Shown piece after piece: positions 11,705 to 24,266 of a DNA stretch of 64,000 nucleotides. The DNA comes from Octopus sinensis (Eukaryota), in NCBI RefSeq assembly GCF_006345805.1, contig NC_043012.1, positions 2,480,001 to 2,544,000 on the forward strand, written 5' to 3'. A program made the translations under genes and the position numbers. Position 1 is the stretch's first letter. Every line of letters starts with the position of its first letter. The notes under the pieces are model-generated. The model ran no database searches. It had not been told where the DNA came from and saw only the letters and a program-made list of their open reading frames with translations.

Positions 11705-11924
11705 TTAACCCCATAACATTTAAACTGGATATATTTGGCCCATATATTCTACCTGTTTTATGTTCAATCTGACTAGATCCCGCCTATCAAACCTAACCTA
11801 CTATTTCATTCTAAAAATAAACAATCCCATCATCAAAGCCATGAGAGAATGTGTGATTAATTCAAAACCATGTGAACAAATAAGCATTACACTTGTTAGA
11901 GTAATCTGAATGCTAATGGATTAA
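11705..11924 (-). mobile_element. TTAA-flanked piggyBac-type MITE
   Basis: TTAA ends and degenerate TIR (family consensus ccctttagcatt...aatgctaaaggg). Confidence 0.8.
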
Positions 11925-13533
11925 AAATGAGGTTAATTAGTGCAAGAAAGGAAAAATAATCTTACAACAGCTGTAGTATGGTTTGAACTTATGACTGTAT
12001 GGTTTGGGGCTTAAATTTTCTAGCTTAATAACTTGAAATATTAAAAAAATCGTCATGAAGTGTCTTTTACTTAAGCTCATAGTCTAAATCACCTGAGATT
12101 TGAACTTACGACTAAAGAGTTTATAGTGTGATGCTATCTGTATATGGGCTTTGTTGGCAAATGAAAATAAGTTGTGTGTGAGTGTGGTGAGAAAGTGTGT
12201 ATATGTGTGTGTGTGCATGTAGTGTGTTAGTGTGTGTATAACAAAAGGAAAGCAAAATGGTTTCTTTTGTATTTCAAGACACTGTTTGGAGTTAATTATC
12301 TTTTTTTTTCTCCTATTATTATGACTACTAACATGAAATATTTGTCTGCAAGCTTTCTCTTGCTTTATTTAATAATATTATATTCAGAGGAGAGGCCGGT
12401 GGAATGATAGACTGGGTAGAGTGCCAGTTTTCAAAAGATTTGTAGAATTTATAAATACACTGTCATTATCCATATGTACTTAGTATCATATTGAAATTAA
12501 GTTTCATGAGAAGCTTTTTCAGCAGCTTGCAGTAAGAACTGAAATGGTCAATTTAGTTGTTATCCAAAAACTCTTCAGGAGTCACTTCCGTTTTGTTCTC
12601 AGACTACAGAACCATGGTAGCAGAAAGCTACTTATTAAAATCTAAACAAAATTGTGAACGGCACAACCTATTTACATTCTGTTACAAAATGATTGCCCTT
12701 ACAAGTATATCAATTTAATGTGGGTTATATGTTGTGGTTTGGCCCCAGATCAGAAGTCAGCTCCTTGTCTGTTTTTAACTCTTTAACTGCAAAATTAAAT
12801 TTCATGTTTATTCAAGTAATGATGTTAAATATCTACCAAAAAATAAGACTGACAAGGGATAAAGTTGACTTATAACTCGGTGAAATACTGAAATATGGAA
12901 AAGGATTTACTAACATTTTATAGTATTAATAAACTGGTGTTTATTTTACCAACTAAAAGAAAGAAAGTAAAAGTATAAAGTTGACACAAAATTCTGATCT
13001 TAGCACTGAAGTCATCGGTTATAAATATTGGTGAATATATTATGTCAAGCAGCAGATATCACACTGAATAGCATTTTGTATTAATCAGTTGGGAATCAGA
13101 AGACCATAAGTCTTCATAAATATTACAAATAGTTCTTTTGAAGATATTTTAATAATTTTGTCACCATGAGAGAAAGTAGAGGGCAATTTGGATGGTGAAT
13201 TGTTTATTTATGAAATCATTTTGCTGATAAATGGCACGCCAGGGAAACTGAACTGTATTAGTTACACAGTCGATGTTTGAAGGATTTTTAATTTGTCATG
13301 CAATGTTTTGGATCTGTTTCTGAAATGCTGTTTTGGTTATTTATTATTTTCAGGTCTAAAGTTGTTGGCAGTGCTTCTATAGATTATTAAATTAAGCTTT
13401 ACTTATCAATTGTCTCTTTGTTTTGGGTCCAGTTTTTCAAGTTCCAGTCCATTGTTAGTAGTTCTAAAGCAAAGACCACATTAAAGTTTGTTGCTTGAAT
13501 ATAGACAGTAGTTATTATCTTTCATTAAGAATA

Positions 13534-13751
13534 TTAACCTTTCAGCATTCAGATTACTCTGTCAAATGTAATGGTTGTTTATTCACATTGATTTGAATTC
13601 GTCCTGCATTATCTCACAGCTTAGAGATTTCGATGATATGATTGTTTATTCTTGGGATGATAATGTCAGGTGGGTGTGAGAGACCAGATCTGGCCAGTTT
13701 GAATAGAAAACAGGTACAATATTTGGGCTGATTTAAATTCTAAAGGGTTAA
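13534..13751 (+). mobile_element. TTAA-flanked piggyBac-type MITE
   Basis: ttaa-cctttcagcattcagattactctgtc...aattctaaaggg-ttaa. Confidence 0.85.
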
Positions 13752-14285
13752 TGTCGAAACTAATCAGAATTCAGTATGCATAACCAAAATCATATCTATA
13801 TCATTGTTAGTTTCCTTTGGAACAAGATTTTTTTGCAAAGATTTTGTTTTGTTCATCTATTATTATTGTATTAAATATAATGAGATGGTAATATGCCTCT
13901 GATTTCAAAAGGTTCAATAGCTACTCCAAATGTAGATACTTATGACATGAAATAGCTTGTCATTATTTAAAAAAATATTTCTGTGGTTGACTAAATTGTG
14001 CTCTTAGATATTATTTTCATTCAAATCTGGTAAATAATTCAAGATGGCCTGGGGAGGAGGAAGGAATGGCTCAACTGTTTGGGTTTATATTTCAATCTGC
14101 ATCCTTTAAAATTTTCATAAACTATCCAGCACTTTCTTGCAAAATAAATGCAATATAACATTGCATTCATTCAGTTCCACCACCACCACCACCACCATTA
14201 TCATCACCATCATCATCATGGCAGTGAATTTACAGTACATCACTGTGTGTGTGTATAATATCAATCCAATATTTTCTCATCTGTG

Positions 14286-14500
14286 AAGGCAGTTAGCTGG
14301 CAGAATCATTATGGTGCCGGGCAAAATGCTTAGCGGCATTTTGTTTGCCTTTACATTTTGAGTTCAAGTTCCACTAAGGTTGATTTTTGTCTTTCATCCT
14401 TCTGGGATCAAAGTACCAGTTGAGTACTGGAGGGGGTCATGTAATTGACTTACTCCTGCTCCTGAAATTGCTGGCCTTGTGCCAAAAATATGTAACCAAT
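14286..14500 (+). mobile_element. SINE family B
   Basis: aggcagttagctggcagaatc...gagttcaagttcc...aagtaccagttgagtactgg. Confidence 0.8.
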
Positions 14501-15789
14501 ATAATCTCATTGTGTGAAGCCTAATATTTCTAGTTCTGATCAAGTTACCTCTTCCACATCTTCCTTGATTTACTTCTATTGCAGGGACATTTTTCTTTTT
14601 TCTTAATTTTCAATTTCCATGCATGGCTATGTGGTTAAGAAATATTTTCATAATCATATGTCTTTGTGTTTGATCCCACCTCATGGTCCCTTGGATGACA
14701 CCAAGCTTTGGGAGTAAGAAGCCCACCAGATTGATTCAGAGGTCCTGTATAGGTCATGGGTGTTACCCTTACCCTTCTGATTAAGCCATGTAAAAAAAGA
14801 ACTAAAAAAAGCTTTGTTACTACTAAAAGTATAAGGCCTGAAATTTGAAGGATTGGGCTTAGTCAATTTAATCTATTTAGTGTTTGACTTGTATTTTATT
14901 TTATTGACTTGGAGAGATGAAAGCTAAGGATTAGATCCATTATGATTTGAACTTGGAATGTAAAGAGCCAGCAGAAAAACCATGAAGCATTTTGTCTGAT
15001 GTTGTAACAATTTTACTCATCCACTTCCCATAAAAAAAAAAGAAAAAAAAAACAGTAATTCTCATCATATATCTATACCAACATGGTTACTTGGTTATCT
15101 TGTCCAGTTATAGTAACTGGTGTCTTTGATGCTTATTCACTTTCTTAGCTTGCTAGTCTCAACAAAACATCCTAATTAAGAGAAATTTCAACAACAGCCT
15201 AGCAAGTAAATAAATGTCTCTCAGCAGATTTGTTACAGTTGTTCTGTCGTAAGATGTCTCATGAAAGTATTGTTTAAGATCATGATTGTATACATATATT
15301 CATCTTCATCATGAATGTGTGTGTGTGTGTTTGAATATGTGTTAACCAATGTGGTTAAAGAAATCAATAATCACATCTGACTCTTGTGGCAGTAGATCCA
15401 CATTGCCAACTTACTTATTAATGTATTATTCAGCGAGTTTCTCTTTCCATTAAAAGCTGTAGAAAATGTACATCTTAACTGTCAGTGTTGCTACTGTGTT
15501 GCCATTAACATTAATTCCACTTAATACTAATTACTTGAGTGTTGGTCAATATTGGTCAATATGGAAACTATAAGAGCCATAAATATGTCATAGTCTGTCA
15601 GTGGAGCGTTAAACTGGAAGATTTTTATGTATCCAGTTACATATCCCAGTGTTCTTGTTTCAAAACCCACTGAGGTCAGTTCTGCATTTTATTCCTTTAG
15701 GGTTGAAGATACGTATCAGTATACACTCCACTAATTTAAATGTGTCTGTGACATTTATTACAATTTATTATTTACTGTTATTAATAATT

Positions 15790-15932
15790 AAGGTGGCGAG
15801 CTGGCAGTATTGTAAGCATCCCTGACAAAATACTCAGTAGCATTTCACCTGTCTTTATGTTCTGGGTTCAAATTCTGCTGAGGTCAACTTTGCCTTTCAT
15901 CTTTTCAGGGTTGATAAAATAAGTACCAGTTG
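15790..15932 (+). mobile_element. SINE family B, 5' part
   Basis: aggtggcgagctggcag...gcctttcatcttttcagggttgataaaataagtaccag. Confidence 0.8.
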
Positions 15933-15961
15933 TCATGGTGGTGGAAAACACATCCACAAAA

Positions 15962-15972
15962 ACACATATACA

Positions 15973-16015
<43 letters not shown>

Positions 16016-16016
16016 T

Positions 16017-16070
<54 letters not shown>

Positions 16071-16092
16071 CATATACACGTGTGTGTGTGTG
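15962..16092. repeat. Compound alternating purine-pyrimidine microsatellite (TA/TG/CA)
   Basis: Directly visible; largely self-complementary. Confidence 0.9.
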
Positions 16093-16107
16093 ACTGTAGC
16101 TGTGATA

Positions 16108-16420
16108 CAAGTGCCAGGGGCATGTAAGAGAACCATCTGAACGTGACCGTTGCCAGCTTCGCCTGGCCCCCGTGTCGGCGGCACGTAAAAATCACCATCC
16201 GATCGTAGCTGTTTGCCAGCCTCGTCTGGCACCTGTGCCGGTGGCACATAAAAAGCACCCACTACACTCACGGAGTGGTTGGCATTAGGAAGGGCATCCA
16301 GCCGTAGAAACATTGTCAGATCAGACTGGGCCTGGTGCAGCCTTCTGGTTTCCCAGACCCCAGTTGAACCGTCCAACCCATGCTAGCATGGAAAGCAGAT
16401 GCTAAACGATGATGATGATG
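16108..16420 (+). mobile_element. Family C non-autonomous retroposon with (GAT)n tail, probably RTE-related
   Basis: aaaagcacccactacactc...ggttggcattaggaagggcatccagccgtag...catgctagcatggaaagcagatgctaaac(gat)n. The ggttggc..aggaagggcatcc motif resembles RTE-clade UTR sequence (from memory). Confidence 0.8.
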
Positions 16421-17022
16421 CATGCAGTGGACTTTCACAGAGTTACCATATCCACTCATGAGGCATTGGTCAGGTTGGGGCTATAGTAAAAGACACTTGC
16501 ACAAGGTATTGCGCAGTGGGACTGAACCCAAAACCATGTGGTTGCAAAGCGAACTTATTAACCACGTAGCTTGTTGGAATGCTATTGATTTCAGTTCTCA
16601 TCAATTATGGCTGTACTGGGGCTAAATAACAACAACACCAACAACAACAACAACTACTACTCCCCACCACCCACTCTCCCAGGCAACTGGAGAACAGATG
16701 GTAGTGTTTTATGTAAACATGATTCTATTTCCCATTGTTAATAACCACCTCCAACTTCCCTGTCCGCTTCCCATACTCTGTATACACTCTTGTACATGTA
16801 GTTCAAACTTCAATGGTTCAATGGTTTCAATGCTAATTTTTACTTAGTTTTGGTTCCTGAATACAAAGAGTTAACGATTTATAACTTGTTTATAACCAGA
16901 CATCAGAATACAAATAAACATTATACAGTGACAGATATTATATTAGTAATGTTATACAAATAGTAAACTTGTAAAAGCTTAGCAGATTCTTGGTTTATTG
17001 TTGTTGTTGTTGTTATTCTTAC

Positions 17023-17712
17023 TAAGGTGGCAAGCTGGCACAATCGATAGCATGCCAAGCAAAATGCTTAGCGGCATTTCGTCTGTCTTCATGTTCTGAG
17101 TTGAGAAACAGCCGATGTTGATTTTCCTTTCCATCCTTTAGGGGGGATCGATAAAACTAAGTACCAGTTGAGCACTGGAGCCAGTGTAATTGACTGGTCC
17201 CCTCTCCCTAAATTTTGGGCCTCGTACCTATGGAAGAAAGGATTATTATTAAGGTGGCAAGCTGGTAGAATTGATAGCATGCTGGGAAACATGCTTAGCG
17301 GCATTTCATTCGTATTCATGTTGTGAGTTCAAATTCTGCCGAGGGTGACTTTGCCTTTCATCTTTTCGGAGTCGCTAACATAAGTACCAGTAGAATACTG
17401 GGGTTAACGTAATTGACTACCCCCCGCCACCTCCCCCGAACTTGCTGGGCTTGTGCCAAAATTTGAAACCATTATTATTAAGCTGGTGAGTTGGCAGAAC
17501 CATTAGCATGGCGGACAAACTATGGCATTTTGTCTGTCTTTATGTTCTGAGCTCAAGTTCTGACCTAGTTGACTTTGTATTTCATCCTTTTCGAGATGGT
17601 AAAATAAGTACCAGTCAAGCACTAGCATAATTGACTGGTACTGTAATCGACTAGCTCACCCCACCCCATCCCCATAAAAAAATTCAGGTCTTGTACTTAT
17701 GGTAAAAGGATT
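17023..17712 (+). mobile_element. Head-to-tail array of three SINE family B copies
   Basis: Copies at ~17023-17240, ~17250-17470 and ~17480-17712, each joined by attatta. Confidence 0.85.
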
Positions 17713-17720
17713 GTTGTTAT

Positions 17721-18265
17721 TGAGTGAGAGAGCAGTGCATGCCATCAAAGTGACACTGGGGTAAAATATACAAAGCCCAGTATACCTATCATGAGTACCA
17801 GTCTGATAAGGGTACACCAGGCATAAGCATCTCAACCATATGGTGATCTCATCAAGATAAACAGTGCATGACCTTGCAGGTGGGGCCCAGTTAGAATTTT
17901 CTTCAGGTTAAATAGCCCATCCCACTCAAAAGGTTCCTGAAGAAGGTTTGTTTAAGGATGATGAACAAAACACCCATGTTTCCAGAGATGTATTATCCAA
18001 ACCCCAAAGAATTCCTCTCAACACATGGCTATGATGCCCCCCCACTACTTCTGCTCGTGATCAAAGATGCACATATCGCCAGCCACTAAGGGACATGCTC
18101 AACTGGTTACGGTCAAGCAAGTGACAAGCAAATCTGTGGTATTGAGCAGAATAGTTGCTGTAGCCCATCTTTTATACTAAGACAAAACAATGTACATGAT
18201 AACACTTGCAATCAGTTAAGATCAGAAGCCATGAGAGCCACTGCTTTGTACTGCATCAGAGCATT
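17721..18265 (-). mobile_element. ~545-bp element inserted in (TAA)n; possible Dong/R4-related non-autonomous retroposon
   Basis: Second partial copy at 44095-44287 in the opposite orientation. Both lie in or next to TAA-type repeats, and Dong (R4 clade) elements are known to target (TAA)n. Confidence 0.6.
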
Positions 18266-18814
18266 TATTATTATTATTCATCTAACCCATGCCAGCAGAG
18301 AAAGCAGACGTTAAACGATGATGATGATGATGATTATTATAAGATAAAATGATTTGTTGTATTTGCTTTGTTATTATTATTATTATTATTATTATAACAT
18401 AAAATGATTTGTGGTATTTGTTTTGGTTTTTTATGTTCTGAGGCCAAACCTCACTGAGGTCAGTTTCACTTTCTATTTGCTTCAACACTGAATATAGTTT
18501 TTACTAACTCTTTTCACCTCATTTTGCATAGAGGGTGTAGTTGAGGAAGGTTTGATTGCTATTTCTAGCTTATTAAGCATTCTTATAGTGGCCTCCCTGA
18601 TTTCATTTTAGAGCATTACTGTTGCTTTAGTGATTTGATGTTATCAGGGTATCCTTTTATTCATATCTCTCCATTTCTATTCAGCGCTACCAAGGTTGGT
18701 AAATAATATCTGGGACTCATGGCTACTATGTTATTTGTTCATGGATATTTTTAAATCCTTCCTTTGAAGATGGTGAAATTTGAGTCATCATCGTCTTCGT
18801 CGTCGTCGTCTTAC

Positions 18815-19067
18815 AAGTGGTTCTCAAATGGAGTCCATATGACTTGCAGGGTCCACATAAAATTTTGTTGAAGTTTATCTGCAATAAATTGGTTATACAT
18901 CTACAGTACACAAAATGTTGCAATTTTGTTTTTTTATGATTCCTAATATTTTATTATAAAAATATGATAGGTTTTCTTTTAAAAAATGGAATGGTTATGG
19001 AGTACAGTAGAGTAAAACAGGAATCAAAAGGAGGTCTATAAGCAAAAAAAATGGTTGAGTACCACTG
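18815..19067 (+). mobile_element. hAT (Charlie-like) MITE
   Basis: TIRs agtggttctcaa / ttgagtaccactg; homologous to 30141-30391. Confidence 0.8.
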
Positions 19068-19611
19068 CTTTAGACTATATTTTTAGTTGGAGCAAAGAAA
19101 GACTATGTCTATATACATGTGTGTGTGTGTGTGTATATATGTGGGAGTGTTACTTGTTTTTCCTTTAATTATTAGTAACAGGACACTAATTGGCCAAATA
19201 TTTTGTGTAACCTTCAGAGTCCACTTAAATATTTAATGAGAGTCTTACATTTAATGCCACCACTAATATTCTGTCTTTTAATTTAAATAGACAGATTTTT
19301 GTGTTTTGACAAAACCTACCAGAACATTCAATCATATTTTTTAAAACACTCCTCCTCTAGATTCTATTTCCTCCTTGTATTATTGTCAGTAATGTTATTG
19401 TATTTTGTCATATATTGTTCTATCGTATACGCAGTATTTCTCTTGTTTTGCCATTTGACTGTTTACTATTCAGTTTGTGCAACTATTTTAAATATTCTTG
19501 TTTTGTCATTTTATTGACTTAGTAAAGGTTTCTAACATATTTCGTTCAAGGACACAACATTATGGAGAAGAGTATGTATAGTTGGTTTAATTGATTTCAA
19601 TATTTGTCTTA

Positions 19612-19814
19612 TTTGAGGAGGTAGGGAAAAGTTCCTGGCTTTTTAAGGGTATCATGAAAAGCCTTGTTGGAGGCCCAACTTTCTGAGTTCTTTTAGAGGG
19701 CTTAGGAAAACTGAAGGACCACTGCAATAAGTGTGTGAATCTGAAAGGGGAATATGTTGATCCTCCTGTGTTTTCTTTTACCCAAAGCCAGGAACTTTTC
19801 AGCACCTCCTCATA
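19612..19814 (+). mobile_element. Mariner-derived MITE with transposase C-terminal remnant
   Basis: TIRs tgaggagg..g.gaaaagttcctggcttt / aaagccaggaacttttcagcacctcctcata. Internal frame LEGLGKLKDHCNKCVNLKGEYV matches the mariner C-terminal GI.KL..RW.KC....G.YV pattern. Confidence 0.8.
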
Positions 19815-21036
19815 CTTATTTTGATACACCCTGTCTCAAAGAATGATGGGGGGAAATTTTATGCCCTCTCCCTTGGGATACAGAAACATGCAACTGAATT
19901 CTTGACTTAAACAAATACTCATGAATGGCATGTTCAAAACTTCAGCTGATATTTCATTGTTTATCAACAATTTTATGTTAACTCATTTCACCATGTTTCA
20001 GTTTGCTATAAGGCAGGAATAGGTTGTCCCACATCACCCCAGAATGTTGTCTTTGATAGACTGATGCCCTATCCAGATGGTTGTAAATCCGTTCTTTTGT
20101 TCAACTATATGAAACTTGAGCTTAACTCTAGTCCTTTTTTTTTTTTTATATATTTTCTTAAAGTGGTGGTCATAAGTAATATACATTTGTGATGTGTGTG
20201 TTGTGAAACTAAAATACAAAAAAAAAAAAACCTAAAAGATGAAATAAGTCCACAGTCAATATTATTTATTAGATTGATACTTGGGGGAATGGAGTTAATT
20301 AATGGTGATAACATTTTTGATATTCTTTTGGGTGGGGGGAAAAAGAGGAAGAAAGATCGTGAAAAACTGGAAAAGGAAGTAGACAGAAAAACCAGAAAAA
20401 ATTCAAATAAGAAAATCTATGTGATGCTGGTTTTGTTTCGTCCTCTGTTTATATTCATTTGTTTGTTCATTTGTTTTACATTTATTATTTTGATGCTAGC
20501 ATGAGTTAGATGAATACACAACATTGAGGTATTGTTTTTTTGCAACCAAATGTCCTTCATGTTGCTAACTCTTACCTTGTCTTCAACATAAGGGTGTTTT
20601 CATTCTATCAATTATCAAAAGTTGCAAAGCTTCTGAATGATTTTCTGATAGACAAAAGCCAACATCACTGTCCTAGCCTGGTTATTTTGTTTTTGAGGAG
20701 TTCACAATGCAAACATTCACACACACACACACACACATATTTATGTATAGGCTTTGTAAAGTTTCAACCTTATTCACTCACAAAGTCTGCCTGAAGTTAT
20801 AGAAGACACTTACCCATGGTGCCATGCAGTAAGACTGAACCTGAAACCATGTGGTTGGGAAGCAGCACTCTTAACTACATGGCCATATAAAGAGTATGTA
20901 ACTGAAATTGACACCAAGGTACAACATGTCATTAAGATGCTGTGGATTACTACAAGAAATTGGCAAGTGTTTTATTTGGTTAGAGTACTGAGCTGACAAT
21001 TTTTTTTTTTTTTTACATGTCTGAAATTTGCAACAG

Positions 21037-21080
21037 ACCAAATTGTACAGACTCCAGGAGACGGCAGCAACTTCAGATGA
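21037..21080 (+). CDS. Candidate short terminal coding exon (..QIVQTPGDGSNFR*)
   Basis: Poly-T tract and ttgcaacag| acceptor, open frame to TGA TAA, with an overlapping AATAAA. No homology recognised. Confidence 0.2.
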
Positions 21081-21601
21081 TAAATAAAGAGGATATTATA
21101 AATAGACATTACAAACAGAAGACAACCAGACAAAATCATTAGAGAGACACACATATGCCATTTACATAAATGTATTCATATATATATATATATATACACA
21201 CACGTGCGCGTACACACACACACATACAGAGTTTTGAGTTGTCACATGCTAAGCTAGTTAAAACAATGATATTAAGCAGTTCGATACATTTATACAATGT
21301 GCATCATTAGAACTTTTAAATTATGCATAATTTTATCCAATTTCCTCCTTGAAAAGCTCTGTTAGCCTTTGCAGAGTCACACAGATGCTGCTACATTCAG
21401 TTTTGTGTTCTTGCATATCATTAGTTTGTGGTTATGTCCATTTTTTTAGGTGAATATATTATTGAGGCATTGTTTTACAGCTGGATGTTCTTATTGTTGC
21501 TGTCTTTTAGCTGTTATTGTTTCCAATAAGTGATATGCCACATGTCTTCAGTGTGGAATGTCCCTGTCCATAGCTAAGGGAGTCTTTGGAGAAGTGCAAC
21601 T

Positions 21602-21703
21602 TTAATCCTTTAGTCTTCAGCTGTCCAATGTAATGCTTATTTCTTTGCATTGCTTTGAATTACTCATGCATTTATCTTGTAGCTTTGAGATTTTGATGAT
21701 ATG
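21602..21703 (+). mobile_element. piggyBac-type MITE, 5' half
   Basis: ttaatcctttag...tgtaatgcttat...tagctttgagattttgatgat; truncated by the next element. Confidence 0.65.
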
Positions 21704-21707
21704 CTTC

Positions 21708-22033
21708 TTACCTCTGCCTTAGCAAAGGCGGAGGTATTGTTTTCAGTCATGTTTGTTTGTTTGTTTGTCTGTGGACAAGATATCTCAAGAACCACTGGAT
21801 GAATTCGGATGAAACTTTCATGGATGTTTGGCCTCATGACTGGCACAAACTGATTAGATTTTAGGATCAATCCAGTATTAGACAAGGATTCTGGACGATT
21901 TTTTGTTTTTTTATTTTACTTAATTTTTGAGAGAGGTTGGGTTCATTTTTAATATTCTCGTTTGTGAGAGCAGTCGAGTTTATTTCAGATATTCTCATTT
22001 TAAAAATCATCTCTGGCTAATTGTTGAGAGGAC
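21708..22033 (+). mobile_element. Helentron-associated (HINE/DINE-1-like) non-autonomous element
   Basis: 5' hairpin tacctctgcctt-agca-aaggcggaggta, then a (GTTT)n tract, then atatctcaagaaccactggatgaattcggatgaaactt. This is the typical HINE layout; 3' truncated. Confidence 0.6.
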
Positions 22034-22098
22034 AATAGAATAAAAAGATATTTTTGGAAAAATTTAATCAGAGAGAAAAGTGAGGAAATTATCTTCAG

Positions 22099-22132
<34 letters not shown>

Positions 22133-22184
22133 TGGTGGGGATTGCTTTAATACTTGGTCTCCACTAAACTCAGGTAAAAATGAA

Positions 22185-22413
22185 TTAATCCCTTAGCATT
22201 CAGATTACTCTGTCATATGTAATGCTTATTTATTCACATTGTCTTGAATTTAACATACATTATCACGTAACTTCAAGGTTTGAACAATATGATTATTTAT
22301 TTTCAGAATGACATTGTAGAGTAGGTGTGAGAGGCTTGACCCTGGTCAGTTTGAACATATTACTAGTAGACTATTTCAGCCCTATATGGCCAGCTTGAAT
22401 ACTAAGAGATTAA
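22185..22413 (+). mobile_element. TTAA-flanked piggyBac-type MITE
   Basis: ttaatcccttagcattcagattactctgtc...aatactaagagattaa. Confidence 0.8.
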
Positions 22414-23143
22414 ATCTACTATCCATAAACACGAATGATCTCTCTGGTGGGCTCTTACACAGGGTTTGTCTGTCAGTTGAATTTCTTTCACAAGGCTTTT
22501 GGTTAAGCTGAACCTAGGGTAGAAGCCATTTGCCCCTGATGCCATGCTGCAGCAGGATTGAATATTAAGTACCTTAGTTGCATAGTGTGCTCTCTAACTG
22601 CACAGCCAAGCTTTCACACATTTAGAACTTGGTCACTAACACAATCTCACTGTGTCTTATAATGTTTAATCAATACATACATATATACACATATATATAT
22701 CAATGAAATTCAACAATCACCCAATAGAAATTTAATATTCTGCTTGAGTTGAATTTGCTTGTTTGTTTCTTCACCTTCTGGAAATTCTTTTTTTTTTTAC
22801 ACATATCGTACATTTATAAGTGATAATTAGAAGAACATGAGCTCCCAGTAGTCCTTCCGTATTGCTTCAATAAACTTGTGAATGCATTTCTGTTAACTTA
22901 CTGGGTAGTAGTAATACAGTATTAATTGTTGTGTCTTGCTACAACTATGTTTTTGTTTCTATGGCAGCAAGAATGTGTCTAACACAACCTGCTAGAAATA
23001 GCAGCCAAATCTTCACATATCCTACCATATTACAATGTAGTTTAGATACCCATAAAATGCAATACATTGTGATAACAAGTACTGATATTTGGAATCTATC
23101 AGGGTTTTGTCTTAGATCTACATCGTTAATAAATATTTATTGG

Positions 23144-23417
23144 AAAGGTAATGTTTATCCCCACTTAAAAGTGGATGTTGTGTTAGAACACAAAATACTG
23201 CATTATTTACCATGAGAGAACCTTCCATATGGACTTGTGGTGCATATAAGCACTTGTGTTTATATTACTAGAGAGAGATAATTGTCTGCTACCACCACTG
23301 GAACTACCAGATCATGTGATTTCAGCCTCCCTTGGCCTTGCTAGTGGGAGATATCCTGCAGTATTTTGTGTTCTAACACAGCATCCACTTTTAAGTTGTG
23401 GGTAAATATTACCCTTT
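23144..23417. repeat. Long inverted repeat (~58-bp arms, ~155-bp spacer), MITE-like
   Basis: acttaaaagtggatgttgtgttagaacacaaaatactgca pairs with tgcagtattttgtgttctaacacagcatccacttttaagt at one mismatch, and extends imperfectly outward. Confidence 0.85.
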
Positions 23418-23710
23418 GATATTAATACTGCTTCTGTCGCTATTTATTGTCAAATTATTTCTGAAGTAATGCTTCAAGGTTCGTTATTTAACACGAGTAT
23501 TTTTTCCAAGAGGCAAATGTGTAGTGCCTGCACAAGTTGCACAACTTCTGGCAAACAAACATTTCAAAGTTATGAAGGCTGGTGTTTCTCGGGAGGTGTG
23601 TAGAGAGTGTTCTTCTCTACAGAACTGAATCCTGGACTTATGAAGAAGCAGCTTTAATACTATTAGTAGTGCTTTAATTCATGTATTGTGACCTATAAAT
23701 AATATATATA

Positions 23711-23745
<35 letters not shown>

Positions 23746-23846
23746 TTATATATATATATTTATATGTACACACACACACACACACACATATATTTACACA
23801 CACATACCTGGCCCTGAAATCTGAAATGACTTTAAGGTTATTTTCA

Positions 23847-24150
23847 CATCATCATCATCATTGTCGTTTAACGTCTGCTTTCCATGCTGGCATGAGTTGG
23901 ACGGTTTGACTAAGGGCTGGCAAGCCAAAAGGCTGCACCAGGCTCCAATCTGATCTGGCAGAATTTCTACAGCTGGATGCCCTTCCTAATGCCCAACTAC
24001 TCTGAAAGTGTAGTGGGCGCTTTTTATGTGCCACTGGTTCCGATAGGCTGTCAGGTGGTACTGGCATCAATCATGCTCGAATTGTGTTTTTTACGTGCCA
24101 CTGGCACAGGAGCCAATGAGGCAGCACTGGCAATGACCACGCTCGAATAT
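23847..24150 (-). mobile_element. Family C retroposon
   Basis: (CAT)n followed by the reverse complement of the 16108-16420 body. Confidence 0.8.
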
Positions 24151-24266
24151 TATATATTTTCACTCCTGATTGTGGTATTGTAACATTCTAGAAATGGTTG
24201 GATGCATTGATGAGATGATTCTCAGTTGGATTAAAAATAAAGAAATATATAAATAAGGAATCCATT

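Noticed and set aside
13340-13360. ttttcag-gtctaa as a recursive splice site (also cag-gtaaaa at ~9686 and ~22172)
   Set aside because: Either the donor or the polypyrimidine tract is weak; expected by chance.
17023-17712. Regularly spaced repeats suggestive of a CRISPR array
   Set aside because: Units are ~220-bp diverged SINEs with no unique spacers and no cas genes, in a eukaryotic context.
17931-17990. CTGAAGA...stem...AAAACA hammerhead-like motif
   Set aside because: Lacks G12 and has no stem I pairing; gaaaca/tgtttc would form a simple hairpin that sequesters the core.
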